From Clostridia bacterium (GTDB lineage Bacteria; Bacillota; Clostridia; RUG12999), in assembly GCA_045546415.1 (NCBI GenBank), contig JAZQCS010000121.1, positions 1 through 63,474 of the forward strand: a DNA stretch of 63,474 bases, written 5' to 3'. Shown in pieces: positions 1 to 9,849 of this stretch. Both the position numbers and the translations under genes were made by a program. Position 1 is the first letter of the stretch. Every line of letters starts with the position of its first letter. The notes beneath the pieces are model-generated. The model did no database searches. It was not told the origin of the DNA and was given only the letters and a program-made list of their open reading frames with translations.

Positions 1-113
1 GCATCCTGAAATCGAAATTTTTGTATGAATTTCAAGGCGAAAAATGCACATAATCCTGACGGATATGAGCATTTTTTAACACAGAAATTCGACAAAAAGA
101 CGATTTTCAGGAC
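1..113. repeat. Hairpin-dense non-coding segment, truncated by the window edge
   Basis: No ORF. Inverted repeats: gaaatt(14-19)/aatttc(28-33); aaaaatgc(40-47)/gcattttt(69-76); gaaattcg(84-91)/cgattttc(101-108, 1 mismatch). Long-range pair atcctgaaatcg(3-14)/cgattttcaggac(101-113). The word ATCCTGA occurs at 3 and 53. Confidence 0.5.
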
Positions 114-174
114 AATACTTCCTTATCTGGCTGTGGCGAAATCACACTCACAACAGTTTCCTCAGCAAGTGATT

Positions 175-226
175 TAAAAAACTCCCTTTCCGCAAGGCAT
201 TTTGCCTACGGAAGGGGAGTTTCTTT
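175..226 (-). terminator. Intrinsic terminator downstream of the phosphoesterase gene (works in both directions)
   Basis: Stem ctccctttccg / cggaaggggag with an inner aggc/gcct stem. T-runs flank it on both strands (tttttt on the minus strand at 175-180). Confidence 0.7.
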
Positions 227-1054
227 TTATTCAGGTTTTATTGTAATAAGTACAATTTCCGGACGGTTAAATATTCTCGGCAGCTTTGTATTTTCCTTTG
301 AAAGCCCTCTTCCTACTATCAGCGTTTTTCCGGCAAAATCATATTTACCGCCGGCAAGCTCCGGGAAAAAACCCTGATTCGGAGCATAAAAACCGTTCAT
401 CAAAAAAGGTATTCGGAACTGGCCGCCATGGGCATGACCGCATAGTGCCATATCAAACCCGTGTTCAAAATATGTTTCCGCCTTTTCCGGTCTGTGAGAA
501 AGAAGAAGGTTAAAAGCATTGTCCTCCACATTCTTTGCGGCACCTTCAAGTTGTTTTTCCCAATCTCCGGGAGACAAATATTTATCCACCTCCGGGTCAT
601 CAACACCGCAGATGTTAACTGTAGTTTCTCCCACCTTAAAAGGTACGCAATCGCCACGAAGCTCCTTTATTCCAAGAGCTTTTATACGCCTGAAATATTC
701 CGTCATTTTCCCGGTCCACCACTCGTGGTTTCCGCTGACATAGAATGCCGGATAGTTTTCCGACACTCTTTCAAGCAAAATCCACGCATTGGTTTCGGGA
801 ATTACATCGTCAATTATATCTCCGCCAAAAAGCACAGCATGAGGATTGAACTTCTCAATTTCTTTCATGATATTCTGCTGATTTTCGCCATATTGACAAG
901 AATGAAGGTCAGAAACAAACGCAAGCCTTATTTCCTCTTTAACCCCGGTGGTTTCTATCTCATAATAAACCGATTTAAGGTCGGTACGAAAAGCAGAAAT
1001 ACCTAAAAACACAACACACACTAAAGCAAAAATAAATATCAGTTTCTTTTTCAT
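227..1054 (-). CDS. Membrane-anchored calcineurin-like metallophosphoesterase (YkuE-type)
   Basis: Motifs SDLH, GGDIIDD, SGNHEWW and CGHAHGGQ. N-terminal hydrophobic anchor MKKKLIFIFALVCVVFLG. Start taken at the internal ATG (1054) rather than the longest ORF (1075). Confidence 0.85.
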   Translation of the reverse strand: MKKKLIFIFALVCVVFLGISAFRTDLKSVYYEIETTGVKEEIRLAFVSDLHSCQYGENQQNIMKEIEKFNPHAVLFGGDIIDDVIPETNAWILLERVSENYPAFYVSGNHEWWTGKMTEYFRRIKALGIKELRGDCVPFKVGETTVNICGVDDPEVDKYLSPGDWEKQLEGAAKNVEDNAFNLLLSHRPEKAETYFEHGFDMALCGHAHGGQFRIPFLMNGFYAPNQGFFPELAGGKYDFAGKTLIVGRGLSKENTKLPRIFNRPEIVLITIKPE

Positions 1055-1058
1055 TTTT

Positions 1059-1811
1059 TTATCCCAACAGCACATCGCTTACAAGCATAAGACAAAAACC
1101 TACAAGAAGGGAATATGTTGCACCGCGCTGACTTCCGTGAGCATGGGTTTCCGGAATCATTTCGTCGCTTATAACATACAGCATGGTACCACCGGCAAAA
1201 GCAAGTGCAAAAGGCAGCACAGTCTGAGAAACACTTACTGCAAAGTAGCCAATTAAAGTACCCACAACCTCAACAAGTCCCGTAAGCAGAGCAATAAAAA
1301 ATGTTCTGCCGGGCTTTACTCCTGCCGCCAGCATAGGGCCGATAATTACCATACCTTCAGGAATGTTCTGCAGAGCAATACCTCCGGCAATGAGAAACGC
1401 CTGAGAGGTATCTCCTGAGCCAAAGCCAACACCGGCAGCAATGCCTTCCGGAAGGTTATGTATTGCTATTGCCATGACAAACAAAAGTACCTTGCCCAGG
1501 TCTGCATTGTTATGGTTTTCCTGCTCTCCCCCTGCAAGCTTATGCAGATGGGGAACAAGCTTATCAATAAAATTAAGACACAAGGCTCCGGCAAAAATGC
1601 CTGCCACAGTAATTGCCACACCGTATTTTCCTCCGTATTCCACCGAAGGTATAACAAGTCCAAGCACCGCAGCTGCAAGCATAACGCCTGCCGCAAAGGA
1701 AAGGACAATATCCGAAAAACGGTGGGATATTTTTTTAAAGCAAAAGCCGATAATCGCACCGAAAACTGTGGCACCGCCAACACCAAGTGCTGTAATTAAC
1801 ACCAGATTCAT
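1059..1811 (-). CDS. ZIP-family divalent metal (zinc) transporter, ZupT-like
   Basis: Polytopic membrane protein with paired HNLPEG / QNIPEG motifs and an HLH..ENHNN His-rich loop. The second ATG has the better AGGAG spacing. Confidence 0.85.
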   Translation of the reverse strand: MNLVLITALGVGGATVFGAIIGFCFKKISHRFSDIVLSFAAGVMLAAAVLGLVIPSVEYGGKYGVAITVAGIFAGALCLNFIDKLVPHLHKLAGGEQENHNNADLGKVLLFVMAIAIHNLPEGIAAGVGFGSGDTSQAFLIAGGIALQNIPEGMVIIGPMLAAGVKPGRTFFIALLTGLVEVVGTLIGYFAVSVSQTVLPFALAFAGGTMLYVISDEMIPETHAHGSQRGATYSLLVGFCLMLVSDVLLG

Positions 1812-1877
1812 TTTCATTCTCCTTTACAGAATGTTCTTTATGATATTTTATCATTAAAAAACAAAAAAGTCAACTGT

Positions 1878-3971
1878 TTACTCCGCTTCATCTGCAAAGG
1901 GAAGAGTAAGGGCAACATAGGAGGCAAAGCCGTGATCAAGGCTTCCTCCGGGTGCATCGCGATATTCCCATAGGGTATCAGTTGCACCGCACATATCCTT
2001 AAAAAATCCGTTTATGTTTTCCAGCATGAGCTTGCTGTCCTTCATATCAAGCAGAACATTCATTCTGAGATAAAGTCCTATAAACGCATTTATTCTGCAG
2101 AATTTACCCTCCGGAACAAACTCCGCAAAGTTATTGCAAATGTGTTTTTTAAGCTTTGCAAACTCAGGAGAATTAATATCTATTCCGCAGTACAAAGCAG
2201 CGTAATACTGACAGGCTTCCGAAACATTTGTGGTGTTTTCAAGCTCGCCATCAACGCTTCTTACGGCATTATCCACAAACACTTCACCGTTAAATGCCAT
2301 ATCTACCACATTTTTGCGGATTCTGCCCGCCTTTTCACAAAGACCTTTTATTCCGAAAACCTTTTCTGTGTTTTCAAGCATTGCCGCATAAAGCATATTT
2401 GTGGGGTAGTTTACATCCTGACCCCAGGAATTTGCTTCGGACCATTCAATAAACTGCCATGAAGGAAGCTTTTCAAGAAGTCCAAGCTCATTTTCATACT
2501 TTTTGAAAAAATTAATAAGTCCGGTTACGGTAGGACGGAAAATTTCTTTATCCACATCGGGACGGCGTTTTGTAAGGTACTCACAAACCTCCATTACGTA
2601 CCACATATCCCATTGGGGAATAAACTTGTTGTTTTCGTGAGGGTCTGAAGGGTACACCATGGGAAGCACACCCTCAGGGAATTCCCCTTCGTTTTTATAA
2701 AGTACATAGTTTTCCAGGAAAACATCCTCAACATCGGTATTGCCCATAAGAAAATATTCTGCTCTGCCCGTGAAGAAGGAATCACAAAGCCAGCCTGCCC
2801 GTTCACGGGAAGGGCAATCAGTGAAAATATCCATTGCGTTGTGGGCAAATGTACGCTGCGCTGCACGGTATACATCATTTAAAATCGGTTTATTAAATGT
2901 TCTCTTCACCGCTGCGGACATATCCCTCTCTAAAGCTCTTACGCCCGTTCTTTCTATTATAATACTACCCCTTTTTACAAAAAACGCAACCTCCATAAAA
3001 TTATAGGGCTCGAAGGTTTCTGCCTTTATCTCCTTTCCTGCCGGAATGAGATATTCCGCAACACATTGCATATTTGTAAGCCGCATGGAATAAGGCTGAT
3101 TCATACTTTCCTCAGTAAAGGAAATTACAAGCTGTGTATCCTTTTCTGCCTTTGCATCAAAACGGATAAAGCCCGATTCTATCCTTCCGAAATCCACCTT
3201 CATCCATTCGCCCTCATTTAAATGTACGGGCATCTCACCCTTGCCGTTTTCAGCGTTTAAATCAAGAGACCATACATAGCGGTAAGGTTTGAATTCTATT
3301 TCATCCTCTTCAAAGTACCCCCAATCAGGTTCTCCTCTCATATTTATAGAATATGCATTTGCTTTGGGAATAGCCTTGTCTGTGCCTACAAAGGTACCCT
3401 TTGCGGCATATTCCGAAAGCTCGGTTACACCAGTAAAAGGCTTAGGAGCGCGTCTTGGAATGAACTTTATATTTTCGCAAACCGTTATGGTTTCTGCCAA
3501 ATTCTCCGGCGCAAAAATGTCATCTGCGAAATAATCCATATGCTCTTCAAAATGCCTCTGAATTGAAAAGCGTTCCACCTTGCGGATAAAGCGTGTATCG
3601 TGGAAGCAAGAGAAATCTCTTCCGGTATAAAGCACAGGCTCACCGCCCATTTCCACTTCTGCGGCAAAAAAGGAATCCTGATACACCGTTGAAAGTGAAC
3701 AACAGTTATAGCCTGCAACAAAAACCGTAATTTCTGCACTTTTGTATCCGCTCAGGTCATATTCATCCACACGGGCGTAACCCTTTGCCGCTCTTGCGGG
3801 ACCGTGACCTGCAAATTCACCGTTTATGTAAAGCTTGTAAAAATCCGCACAGGCAATTTTAAGCTTTGCCTTTTCAGTATTTTCCACCTGTGTCCTGAAA
3901 ACCAGGTGTCGATTAAACTTATCCATTCTGTCTTTTGTTTTTATCCATACCGGAACCGCTTTTTTAAACAT
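1878..3971 (-). CDS. GH78-like alpha-L-rhamnosidase family protein (six-hairpin glycosidase), no signal peptide
   Basis: The motif TDCPSRERAGWLCDSFF resembles the GH78 DCPxRER-GW-GD signature. The N-terminus (PVWI...YINGEFAGHGP) matches the rhamnosidase N-domain pattern. AGGAG lies 8 nt before the ATG at 3971. Confidence 0.7.
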   Translation of the reverse strand: MFKKAVPVWIKTKDRMDKFNRHLVFRTQVENTEKAKLKIACADFYKLYINGEFAGHGPARAAKGYARVDEYDLSGYKSAEITVFVAGYNCCSLSTVYQDSFFAAEVEMGGEPVLYTGRDFSCFHDTRFIRKVERFSIQRHFEEHMDYFADDIFAPENLAETITVCENIKFIPRRAPKPFTGVTELSEYAAKGTFVGTDKAIPKANAYSINMRGEPDWGYFEEDEIEFKPYRYVWSLDLNAENGKGEMPVHLNEGEWMKVDFGRIESGFIRFDAKAEKDTQLVISFTEESMNQPYSMRLTNMQCVAEYLIPAGKEIKAETFEPYNFMEVAFFVKRGSIIIERTGVRALERDMSAAVKRTFNKPILNDVYRAAQRTFAHNAMDIFTDCPSRERAGWLCDSFFTGRAEYFLMGNTDVEDVFLENYVLYKNEGEFPEGVLPMVYPSDPHENNKFIPQWDMWYVMEVCEYLTKRRPDVDKEIFRPTVTGLINFFKKYENELGLLEKLPSWQFIEWSEANSWGQDVNYPTNMLYAAMLENTEKVFGIKGLCEKAGRIRKNVVDMAFNGEVFVDNAVRSVDGELENTTNVSEACQYYAALYCGIDINSPEFAKLKKHICNNFAEFVPEGKFCRINAFIGLYLRMNVLLDMKDSKLMLENINGFFKDMCGATDTLWEYRDAPGGSLDHGFASYVALTLPFADEAE

Positions 3972-4063
3972 AGTTTTCTCTCCTTGCATAATTGTTTACT
4001 CGATTTTAGCACAAAACCATATTTATGTCAATAGCTTTTTTGCTCATTTTTGTGATTGTTTTT

Positions 4064-4870
4064 TCAAAAGTTGTAAATGTATGCCGATGGCGAAACTCCC
4101 GTGTGTTTTTTAAATTCGGAGGAAAAATGCTTTTCATCATTGTATCCGCACTGAAAGGCTATTTCACGAATGGAGAAATAGCCTGCAACCAACAGACCTT
4201 TGGCATATTCCATCCGTTTTTCTATAACATATTGTTTTGGCGAAACCCCCAATTCCTTTTTAAACAGCTTCCTGAAATAGGTTTCGCTCATAAAGGATTT
4301 TTCAGCTGCTATTTCAAGTGAAAAATCCCGTTTCAGGCAGTTTTGTTCAATGTACAGTACCGATTTTGCAATTTTACTGTCTCCGATTATATTTTTGCTG
4401 TCCCTGTAAATATCTGCAAGTATTTTGCTGAAAATTGCCGCACATTCGTTTTTATACCCTATTCCGCGGTTGTTCCAGCAATCAAGGAGTGTCCGGAAGC
4501 TTTCACGGTATTTCTCCGGATTTCCGGGGTAAAAATGCTCAATTTCATTTGAGTGATAGTTAAAGGATTTAAAATGAACCACTATAAGGTTGTCCTTTAC
4601 GGAATCCCTTGTATAATTCACATTTGAAGGCACGTAGCACAGAGAATTTTCCGTAAGTGCCGTTTCCTTTCCCGAAACTGTTAACACCGTATCCGCTTCA
4701 AAACGAAAAGACAATGCATCAAAATTACGGTTATGATTAAAAGCTTTTGAGCCTGACATATCAAGGCTTAAAACCTCAAGTATTTCAAAAGCTATATATT
4801 CCTGACCGAAAAACACAACATCATCTCCTTTTTTCGCTTTAATTCTATCAGATTTGTTTCGAAAAGTCAA
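4064..4870 (-). CDS. AraC-family transcriptional regulator (cupin + HTH)
   Basis: C-terminal AraC HTH (ETYFRKLFKKELGVSPKQY...GY.DEKHFSSEFKKHTGVSPS.Y). TTG start of the longest ORF; the start is uncertain. Confidence 0.8.
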   Translation of the reverse strand: MTFRNKSDRIKAKKGDDVVFFGQEYIAFEILEVLSLDMSGSKAFNHNRNFDALSFRFEADTVLTVSGKETALTENSLCYVPSNVNYTRDSVKDNLIVVHFKSFNYHSNEIEHFYPGNPEKYRESFRTLLDCWNNRGIGYKNECAAIFSKILADIYRDSKNIIGDSKIAKSVLYIEQNCLKRDFSLEIAAEKSFMSETYFRKLFKKELGVSPKQYVIEKRMEYAKGLLVAGYFSIREIAFQCGYNDEKHFSSEFKKHTGVSPSAYIYNF

Positions 4871-4942
4871 CTCTTTTGCTCATTTTTGGGGTGTACTTTT
4901 TATTTCATTAATGCTATAATCATATCAAAGGAGTTGATTGTA

Positions 4943-6298
4943 ATGAGCGAACGCAGAAAAGTCCTTGAGCTGTTTGAAGCTCAAAAACAGTTTATGGAGG
5001 GTAAAATCCAAACAGGCATCGAATCACACCGTAAAGGTTTCGGAAACCTTACCGTTACCGACCAGAACGGCAATCCGGTGTCGGGTGCGAAAATAACCGT
5101 AAACCAGAAATCTCACGAGTTTAAGTTCGGTGCAAACCTTTTTATGCTTGAAGAGTTTGAAACCCCTGAAAAAAATGAAAAATACAAAGAGTATTTTTCG
5201 GATTTCTTCAACATGGCAACTCTTCCCTTTTACTGGAATGCTACCGAACCGGAAAAAGGGCAGACCCGTTATGACAAAAACAGTCCCAAGCTTTACCGCA
5301 GGCCTCCAATTGACCTGTGTATGGAATTTTGCGAAAAGCACGGCATAGAGCCCCGTGAACACGCTCTTGCCTATGAACAGTTTTTCCCCGAATGGCTCAG
5401 TCAATGCTCTGTTTTTGAGGTGAAAAAAGCTTTCGAAAAACGGTGCATGGAAATTTCCGAAAGATACCGGGACAGAATTCCCACCATTGAGGTTACAAAC
5501 GAAATGGAATGGCCAAAAGGAAAAACTGCTTTTTACAATGAACCGGATTTTATTGAGTGGTGCTTTAAAACCGCAGAAAAATATTTCCCGTCAAATCAGC
5601 TTGTAATTAACGACCACACAGCACTTGTATGGGGAGATAACATCCGGCCCTCTGCCAAATATTACGCATACACCGAGGCGGCTATGCTTAAAGGTGCCCG
5701 GGTTGATGCCATAGGCTTGCAATACCATATGTTTTACCGCAAAGAAAGCGAATACAAGGCAACAAGACCATATTATAACCCCCAAAACCTTTATGCTCAT
5801 ATGGATTTATATTCAGCCCTCAGCAAGCCCTTACAGGTAACAGAGGTTACCATTCCGGCTTATTCTGGCGGAGCCGAGGATGAACAAATTCAGGCAGAGA
5901 TTCTGGAAACTCTTTATTCCATATGGTTTTCCCATCCTGCAATGGAACAGATTGTTTACTGGAACTTAGTTGACGGTTACGCCCATGTGGCAGATGCTAC
6001 TCCGGAAAAAATAAGAGCAACACAGGGAAATATGGCAATTGGCGAAAACTATTTCCACGGTGGACTTATCCGTTTTGATATGTCCCCTAAGCCGGCTTAC
6101 TACACCCTTAAAAACCTGATACAGAACAAATGGCACACCGCAGAAAAGCTTGTCAGCTCCGCTGATGGTACAGCCGCCTTCAAAGGTTTTTACGGAAAAT
6201 ATGATGTAACCGTAGAAGCAGAAGGTAAAACCGTCACCTGCGAAATCAATCTTTATTCAAAGTCACCTCAAAACAACAATTTCATGATAAAGCTTTAA
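4943..6298 (+). CDS. GH10-like glycoside hydrolase (xylanase family), apparently cytoplasmic
   Basis: IEVTNEMEW (acid/base NE) and LQVTEVTIP (nucleophile TE) with GH10-like spacing. GLQYHMF is present. No signal peptide. AGGAG lies 9 nt upstream of the ATG at 4943. Confidence 0.65.
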   Translation: MSERRKVLELFEAQKQFMEGKIQTGIESHRKGFGNLTVTDQNGNPVSGAKITVNQKSHEFKFGANLFMLEEFETPEKNEKYKEYFSDFFNMATLPFYWNATEPEKGQTRYDKNSPKLYRRPPIDLCMEFCEKHGIEPREHALAYEQFFPEWLSQCSVFEVKKAFEKRCMEISERYRDRIPTIEVTNEMEWPKGKTAFYNEPDFIEWCFKTAEKYFPSNQLVINDHTALVWGDNIRPSAKYYAYTEAAMLKGARVDAIGLQYHMFYRKESEYKATRPYYNPQNLYAHMDLYSALSKPLQVTEVTIPAYSGGAEDEQIQAEILETLYSIWFSHPAMEQIVYWNLVDGYAHVADATPEKIRATQGNMAIGENYFHGGLIRFDMSPKPAYYTLKNLIQNKWHTAEKLVSSADGTAAFKGFYGKYDVTVEAEGKTVTCEINLYSKSPQNNNFMIKL

Positions 6299-6415
6299 AT
6301 TTAAACATTTACATAATTATCACATTCCTTTCATAATTGCCGTGTATATTATAAATGAAGGATGAAAAGGTACCTTTCATACATACACTCATACAATTAT
6401 AAAGGAGGTAATAAA

Positions 6416-7063
6416 ATGAAGAAAAAAGTCATTGTTACAAGTGTGTTGGCGGCTCTGCTGATTGGCTGTGTTACCGCTTCGGCTTTTTCCGCCGGCGGTA
6501 TGTTCGGCAAAGGTCCTATGCACAAAGGTGGCAAACATGGCGAAACTCAAAGCTTCGTAGAAGGTTTTGTACCCCCTTCAAGACCCTATATGCCTGAGCT
6601 TACTGAAGAGCAGAAGGCCGAAATGCAGGAAAAAGCTTTGGAAAGACTTAACAAACAGCTTGAAAACGGCGAGATAACTCAGGAGGAATATGACACCATG
6701 CTTACGGCAATTGAAAACGGTGAGTTCCGTTTTGGTGGTAAGCGTCCGGGCAGAAAGCCTATGGGCAAGCCGGGTTCTGATGTTTCATTTAAAAAGGATT
6801 CCGAAGCTTATGAAAAACCGCCTGTGCCTGAGCTTACCGAAGAGCAGAAAGCCGAAATGAAGGAAAAAGCAATAGAGAAGCTCAACAAAGAGCTCGAAAA
6901 CGGCAAAATAACTCAGGAAGAGTACGAAAACGTGCTGGAAGCAATTGAAAACGGTGAATTTGCTTCCGGTTTCAGAGGTAAAAAAGGAGGTCCCCGCGGT
7001 CATTTCAAACCGGACCGTGAAAAGTTTGAAACCCCCACCGAAGAAGCTTCTGCTGAAGAATAA
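6416..7063 (+). CDS. Secreted protein or lipoprotein with two tandem SHOCT-like helical repeats
   Basis: Signal peptide with a possible lipobox (LLIGC). Two 45-aa repeats: PELTEEQKAEM.EKA.E.LNK.LENG.ITQEEY...L.AIENGEF. AAAGGAGG RBS. Confidence 0.7.
   Translation: MKKKVIVTSVLAALLIGCVTASAFSAGGMFGKGPMHKGGKHGETQSFVEGFVPPSRPYMPELTEEQKAEMQEKALERLNKQLENGEITQEEYDTMLTAIENGEFRFGGKRPGRKPMGKPGSDVSFKKDSEAYEKPPVPELTEEQKAEMKEKAIEKLNKELENGKITQEEYENVLEAIENGEFASGFRGKKGGPRGHFKPDREKFETPTEEASAEE
6593..6962 (+). repeat. Intragenic tandem duplication (2 units, 234-bp period)
   Basis: Unit 1 at 6593-6728 and unit 2 at 6827-6962 are near-identical at DNA level (cctgagcttac.gaagagcaga..gccgaaatg...attgaaaacggtga). 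Confidence 0.8.
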
Positions 7064-7078
7064 TCCCCCATAAAAAAC

Positions 7079-7106
7079 AACCCGCAATGAAATTTCATTG
7101 CGGGTT
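7079..7106. terminator. Bidirectional intrinsic terminator between convergent genes
   Basis: Perfect 14-bp stem aacccgcaatgaaa/tttcattgcgggtt, with an A-run upstream and T-rich sequence downstream. Confidence 0.8.
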
Positions 7107-7117
7107 TTCCGGTTGTA

Positions 7118-7630
7118 TTAAAGTACAAGCGAGGGTGCTGTGTAAACTCTTGCTGCAAGCTCAGAATTAAGCATATAAAGGCTCTTGGGGTCAGAACCGA
7201 AAAGCTCCATCTTTGTAATCATATCGTTGGCATTGGTTTCTTCTTCACCCTGTTCCTTTACAAACCAGTCAAGGAACTGCATTGTTCTGAAATCCTTAAC
7301 GCTGTATGCCTCGGCATAAATGTCATTGATAAGTGAGGTTACATATTCCTCGTGTTCAAGACCAGCCTTAAGAACTGTCATATCGCTGTCAAGCACCTTG
7401 TCAGGCTTTGCAATTGCCTCTAAGGTTACCTTTTCGTTGTTGTTCTGCAGATATTTGTAGAACAGCATTGCGTGGTCTCTTTCCTCCTGAGCCTGAACAT
7501 AGTACCAGTTAGCAAAACCGTCAAGTCCTCTGTCCTCAAAATAGTTTGAGAAATCCAGATAAAGGTACGCTGAATAAAGCTCCTTGTTTATCTGCTGGTT
7601 AAGCAGATCTCTTACTTTTTTGTCCATCAT
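7118..7630 (-). CDS. ftnA: Non-heme ferritin
   Basis: 170 aa. Ferroxidase-centre pattern (ELYSAYLY...QAQEERDHA...EHEEYVT) is typical of bacterial Ftn. Confidence 0.9.
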   Translation of the reverse strand: MMDKKVRDLLNQQINKELYSAYLYLDFSNYFEDRGLDGFANWYYVQAQEERDHAMLFYKYLQNNNEKVTLEAIAKPDKVLDSDMTVLKAGLEHEEYVTSLINDIYAEAYSVKDFRTMQFLDWFVKEQGEEETNANDMITKMELFGSDPKSLYMLNSELAARVYTAPSLVL

Positions 7631-7655
7631 TTTAAATTCCTCCTAAAATATAAAT

Positions 7656-8204
7656 TTAATCGGTTAAATAAATTTTAACCGTATCGGTTACCTTTTTTTC
7701 TTTTACAGCCGAAACCTGCACATAGGCATATTGCCCCTTGTGAAGCTTCTGATTTCTTTCGCTGTATTCCTTTTTGGGTATGTATTTTTCTTCAACCTCA
7801 CCCTTTTCGCTGAATTCCTGTATAAGCATTTCATCAGCGTGCCTGGGCATATATGCCTTGAGGTCTACCGAATCCTTATCTGTGCGGAAATAGTATTCAT
7901 CAGCCTTTTTGTTATACTCTATGGTGTACTCATCACTTTCAAGCAGCTTAATGTTTGACACCTCGGTGTACACTTCAAAAAATCCGCCGAGCAGAATGAG
8001 TACCACAAATACAATTTTAAAAACAATGTGGTCGGTTATTTTCTTAAGAAAGAAGTTATCCCATTTATCCGAAAGCCTGTCAATGAAGCCCCATACCGTG
8101 TGCTTATAATCCTCTTCGTAATAGCCTGCAGGGATTTTTTCACCGCAGGAATTACAGAATTTATCACCGTAATGAAGCTCACAGTTACATTTTTCGCATT
8201 TCAT
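7656..8204 (-). CDS. Zinc-ribbon, single-pass membrane protein of unknown function
   Basis: N-terminal CxxC-x13-CxxC (CEKCNCELHYGDKFCNSCG), one TM helix (IVFKIVFVVLILLGGFF), and a C-terminal extracytoplasmic domain. Confidence 0.65.
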   Translation of the reverse strand: MKCEKCNCELHYGDKFCNSCGEKIPAGYYEEDYKHTVWGFIDRLSDKWDNFFLKKITDHIVFKIVFVVLILLGGFFEVYTEVSNIKLLESDEYTIEYNKKADEYYFRTDKDSVDLKAYMPRHADEMLIQEFSEKGEVEEKYIPKKEYSERNQKLHKGQYAYVQVSAVKEKKVTDTVKIYLTD

Positions 8205-8300
8205 TTTATTACCACTCCTTTATGTCAGTCGTAGAAGTTTTGTGACGATTTCCGTAAGGTAATTCGTAGCATTGATGCTAAAGGCACAAAGCTTCAGTTT

Positions 8301-9197
8301 TTACACTCCCTTTCTTTCAACAAGCACTTCTTCTGCTATGTACCATTTTTCTTCCTTTGTCTTCCTTGTTAAAAGGAAACGGTATTTCAGAAGCTCGTAA
8401 GGGTTTTTTTCCAACGGAGGCGGAGCATCAAAGTTATATTTGAAGACTCCCCTGAATGTCATAAGATAGTAGTCACATTCCATAACATCATAGCCGTTTT
8501 CATAAAGCTCTTTTCCCAGAGCACTTGTTACATTTTCATTTGTAACTACAGAGGATTCAATCCAGTCTCTCTGACCGTAAGGTTCCTGACCTTCTTCCCA
8601 GTAAAAATTCTCATTCACTTCATCAAGGCTTATGTTTATGGGATTTGTGTACATATCGTGCCTGCCGCGCCAGGTATAGCCATCAATGTTGTTCTCAGCA
8701 AAAAGCTGAGCGGCATCGGTATATTCGTCATCATCTACCCAATATGTATTTGTTACCCTTAAGGTGTTGTCAATTTTAGCATCGTAAGCAGTCAGAACAT
8801 GAGCAAGCCTTTTGTGGTCACGTTCGGTAAGCTCAAGAGATTTTTTCATTTCAGGGTTTTCGGATTCACTTGCTGCAACTCTTTCCGAGGGAGGCGCCGC
8901 AACAGGTTTTATGTAGGGAGTTGCAGTTACTGCCACCGCAGTTCCCGTTGCCACAACCGAAAGTGTAACAATTGTTCCGTAAAGATGCCTGAAAAGAAAA
9001 TCCTTCAATGCATCAAAGATATCACTTTTTATTTTGTTTTCTACGCCACCCTTTGTATGTTTCTTTACAAAATCCCAAACAGGTCTGTGGCGTATTATTA
9101 TCTTCTTACCGCACTCTTCGCATATAACCGCGCTCTTTTTGTTTACGGCACCGCACACGGTACAATACTGTATTTCTTCGGTTTCAATGTTGTTCAT
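8301..9197 (-). CDS. Zinc-ribbon, single-pass membrane protein of unknown function
   Basis: CTVCGAVNKKSAVICEECG zinc ribbon, a TM helix (GTIVTLSVVATGTAVAV), and a 190-aa C-terminal domain. ATG at 9197 lies 8 nt after AGGAG; the longest-ORF GTG overlaps the RBS. Confidence 0.65.
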   Translation of the reverse strand: MNNIETEEIQYCTVCGAVNKKSAVICEECGKKIIIRHRPVWDFVKKHTKGGVENKIKSDIFDALKDFLFRHLYGTIVTLSVVATGTAVAVTATPYIKPVAAPPSERVAASESENPEMKKSLELTERDHKRLAHVLTAYDAKIDNTLRVTNTYWVDDDEYTDAAQLFAENNIDGYTWRGRHDMYTNPINISLDEVNENFYWEEGQEPYGQRDWIESSVVTNENVTSALGKELYENGYDVMECDYYLMTFRGVFKYNFDAPPPLEKNPYELLKYRFLLTRKTKEEKWYIAEEVLVERKGV

Positions 9198-9296
9198 TTG
9201 TCGCACTCCTTTCGTTTGGATTCATTGTATAAAGACTGTATAATCTAGATGCCACCGTTTTTGTTGGTAGTTCATACAAAGTTAGAACTAAAAAAA

Positions 9297-9776
9297 TCAC
9301 CATTTTCTATCTGGGCGAATATTATTCCAATAATACTTGATTTTATCACAATCAATAACCATTTGAAATTCATATGCCCAATTTTTCTTCTTTGTTGTTA
9401 CTCCGCCAAAAAATAAAACTTGATGAACCCCATTATATTGCTCATTAAACTCTATTTTCCACTCGCCTTTATTTATTTTTTTATATACTTCTTTCAATTC
9501 TACTTCTTTTCTTGTCGTGCATAAACGCTTACCAAATATATAGTGTCTTTTGAATAAATAGAACACGGATAGCTGTTCATCAAATTCAGTAATATTTATT
9601 TTTGATTTATCTGTTCTAACTGTTTCTCCGCAAGAATTATATTTTGTATCTGCCAACATCCAAAAACCATCATCAAAAGTTAAAGACAATACATCATCAA
9701 AAGCTTCTGCACTATTGACAACGCAATCATGTAAAGTTATGTATCCTTGTGCATCTTCAATACAATTTTTCCACAT
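9297..9776 (-). CDS. Hypothetical cytoplasmic protein (159 aa) in an AT-rich islet
   Basis: Clean ORF with AGGAG 9 nt upstream. I recognise no motif. Confidence 0.55.
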   Translation of the reverse strand: MWKNCIEDAQGYITLHDCVVNSAEAFDDVLSLTFDDGFWMLADTKYNSCGETVRTDKSKINITEFDEQLSVFYLFKRHYIFGKRLCTTRKEVELKEVYKKINKGEWKIEFNEQYNGVHQVLFFGGVTTKKKNWAYEFQMVIDCDKIKYYWNNIRPDRKW

Positions 9777-9849
9777 ATCTTTTTACTCCTCTTATTTCAA
9801 CAAATTTCGACAATACTTATATGATTTTGTCAAGTTAGGGACAAAAAAA

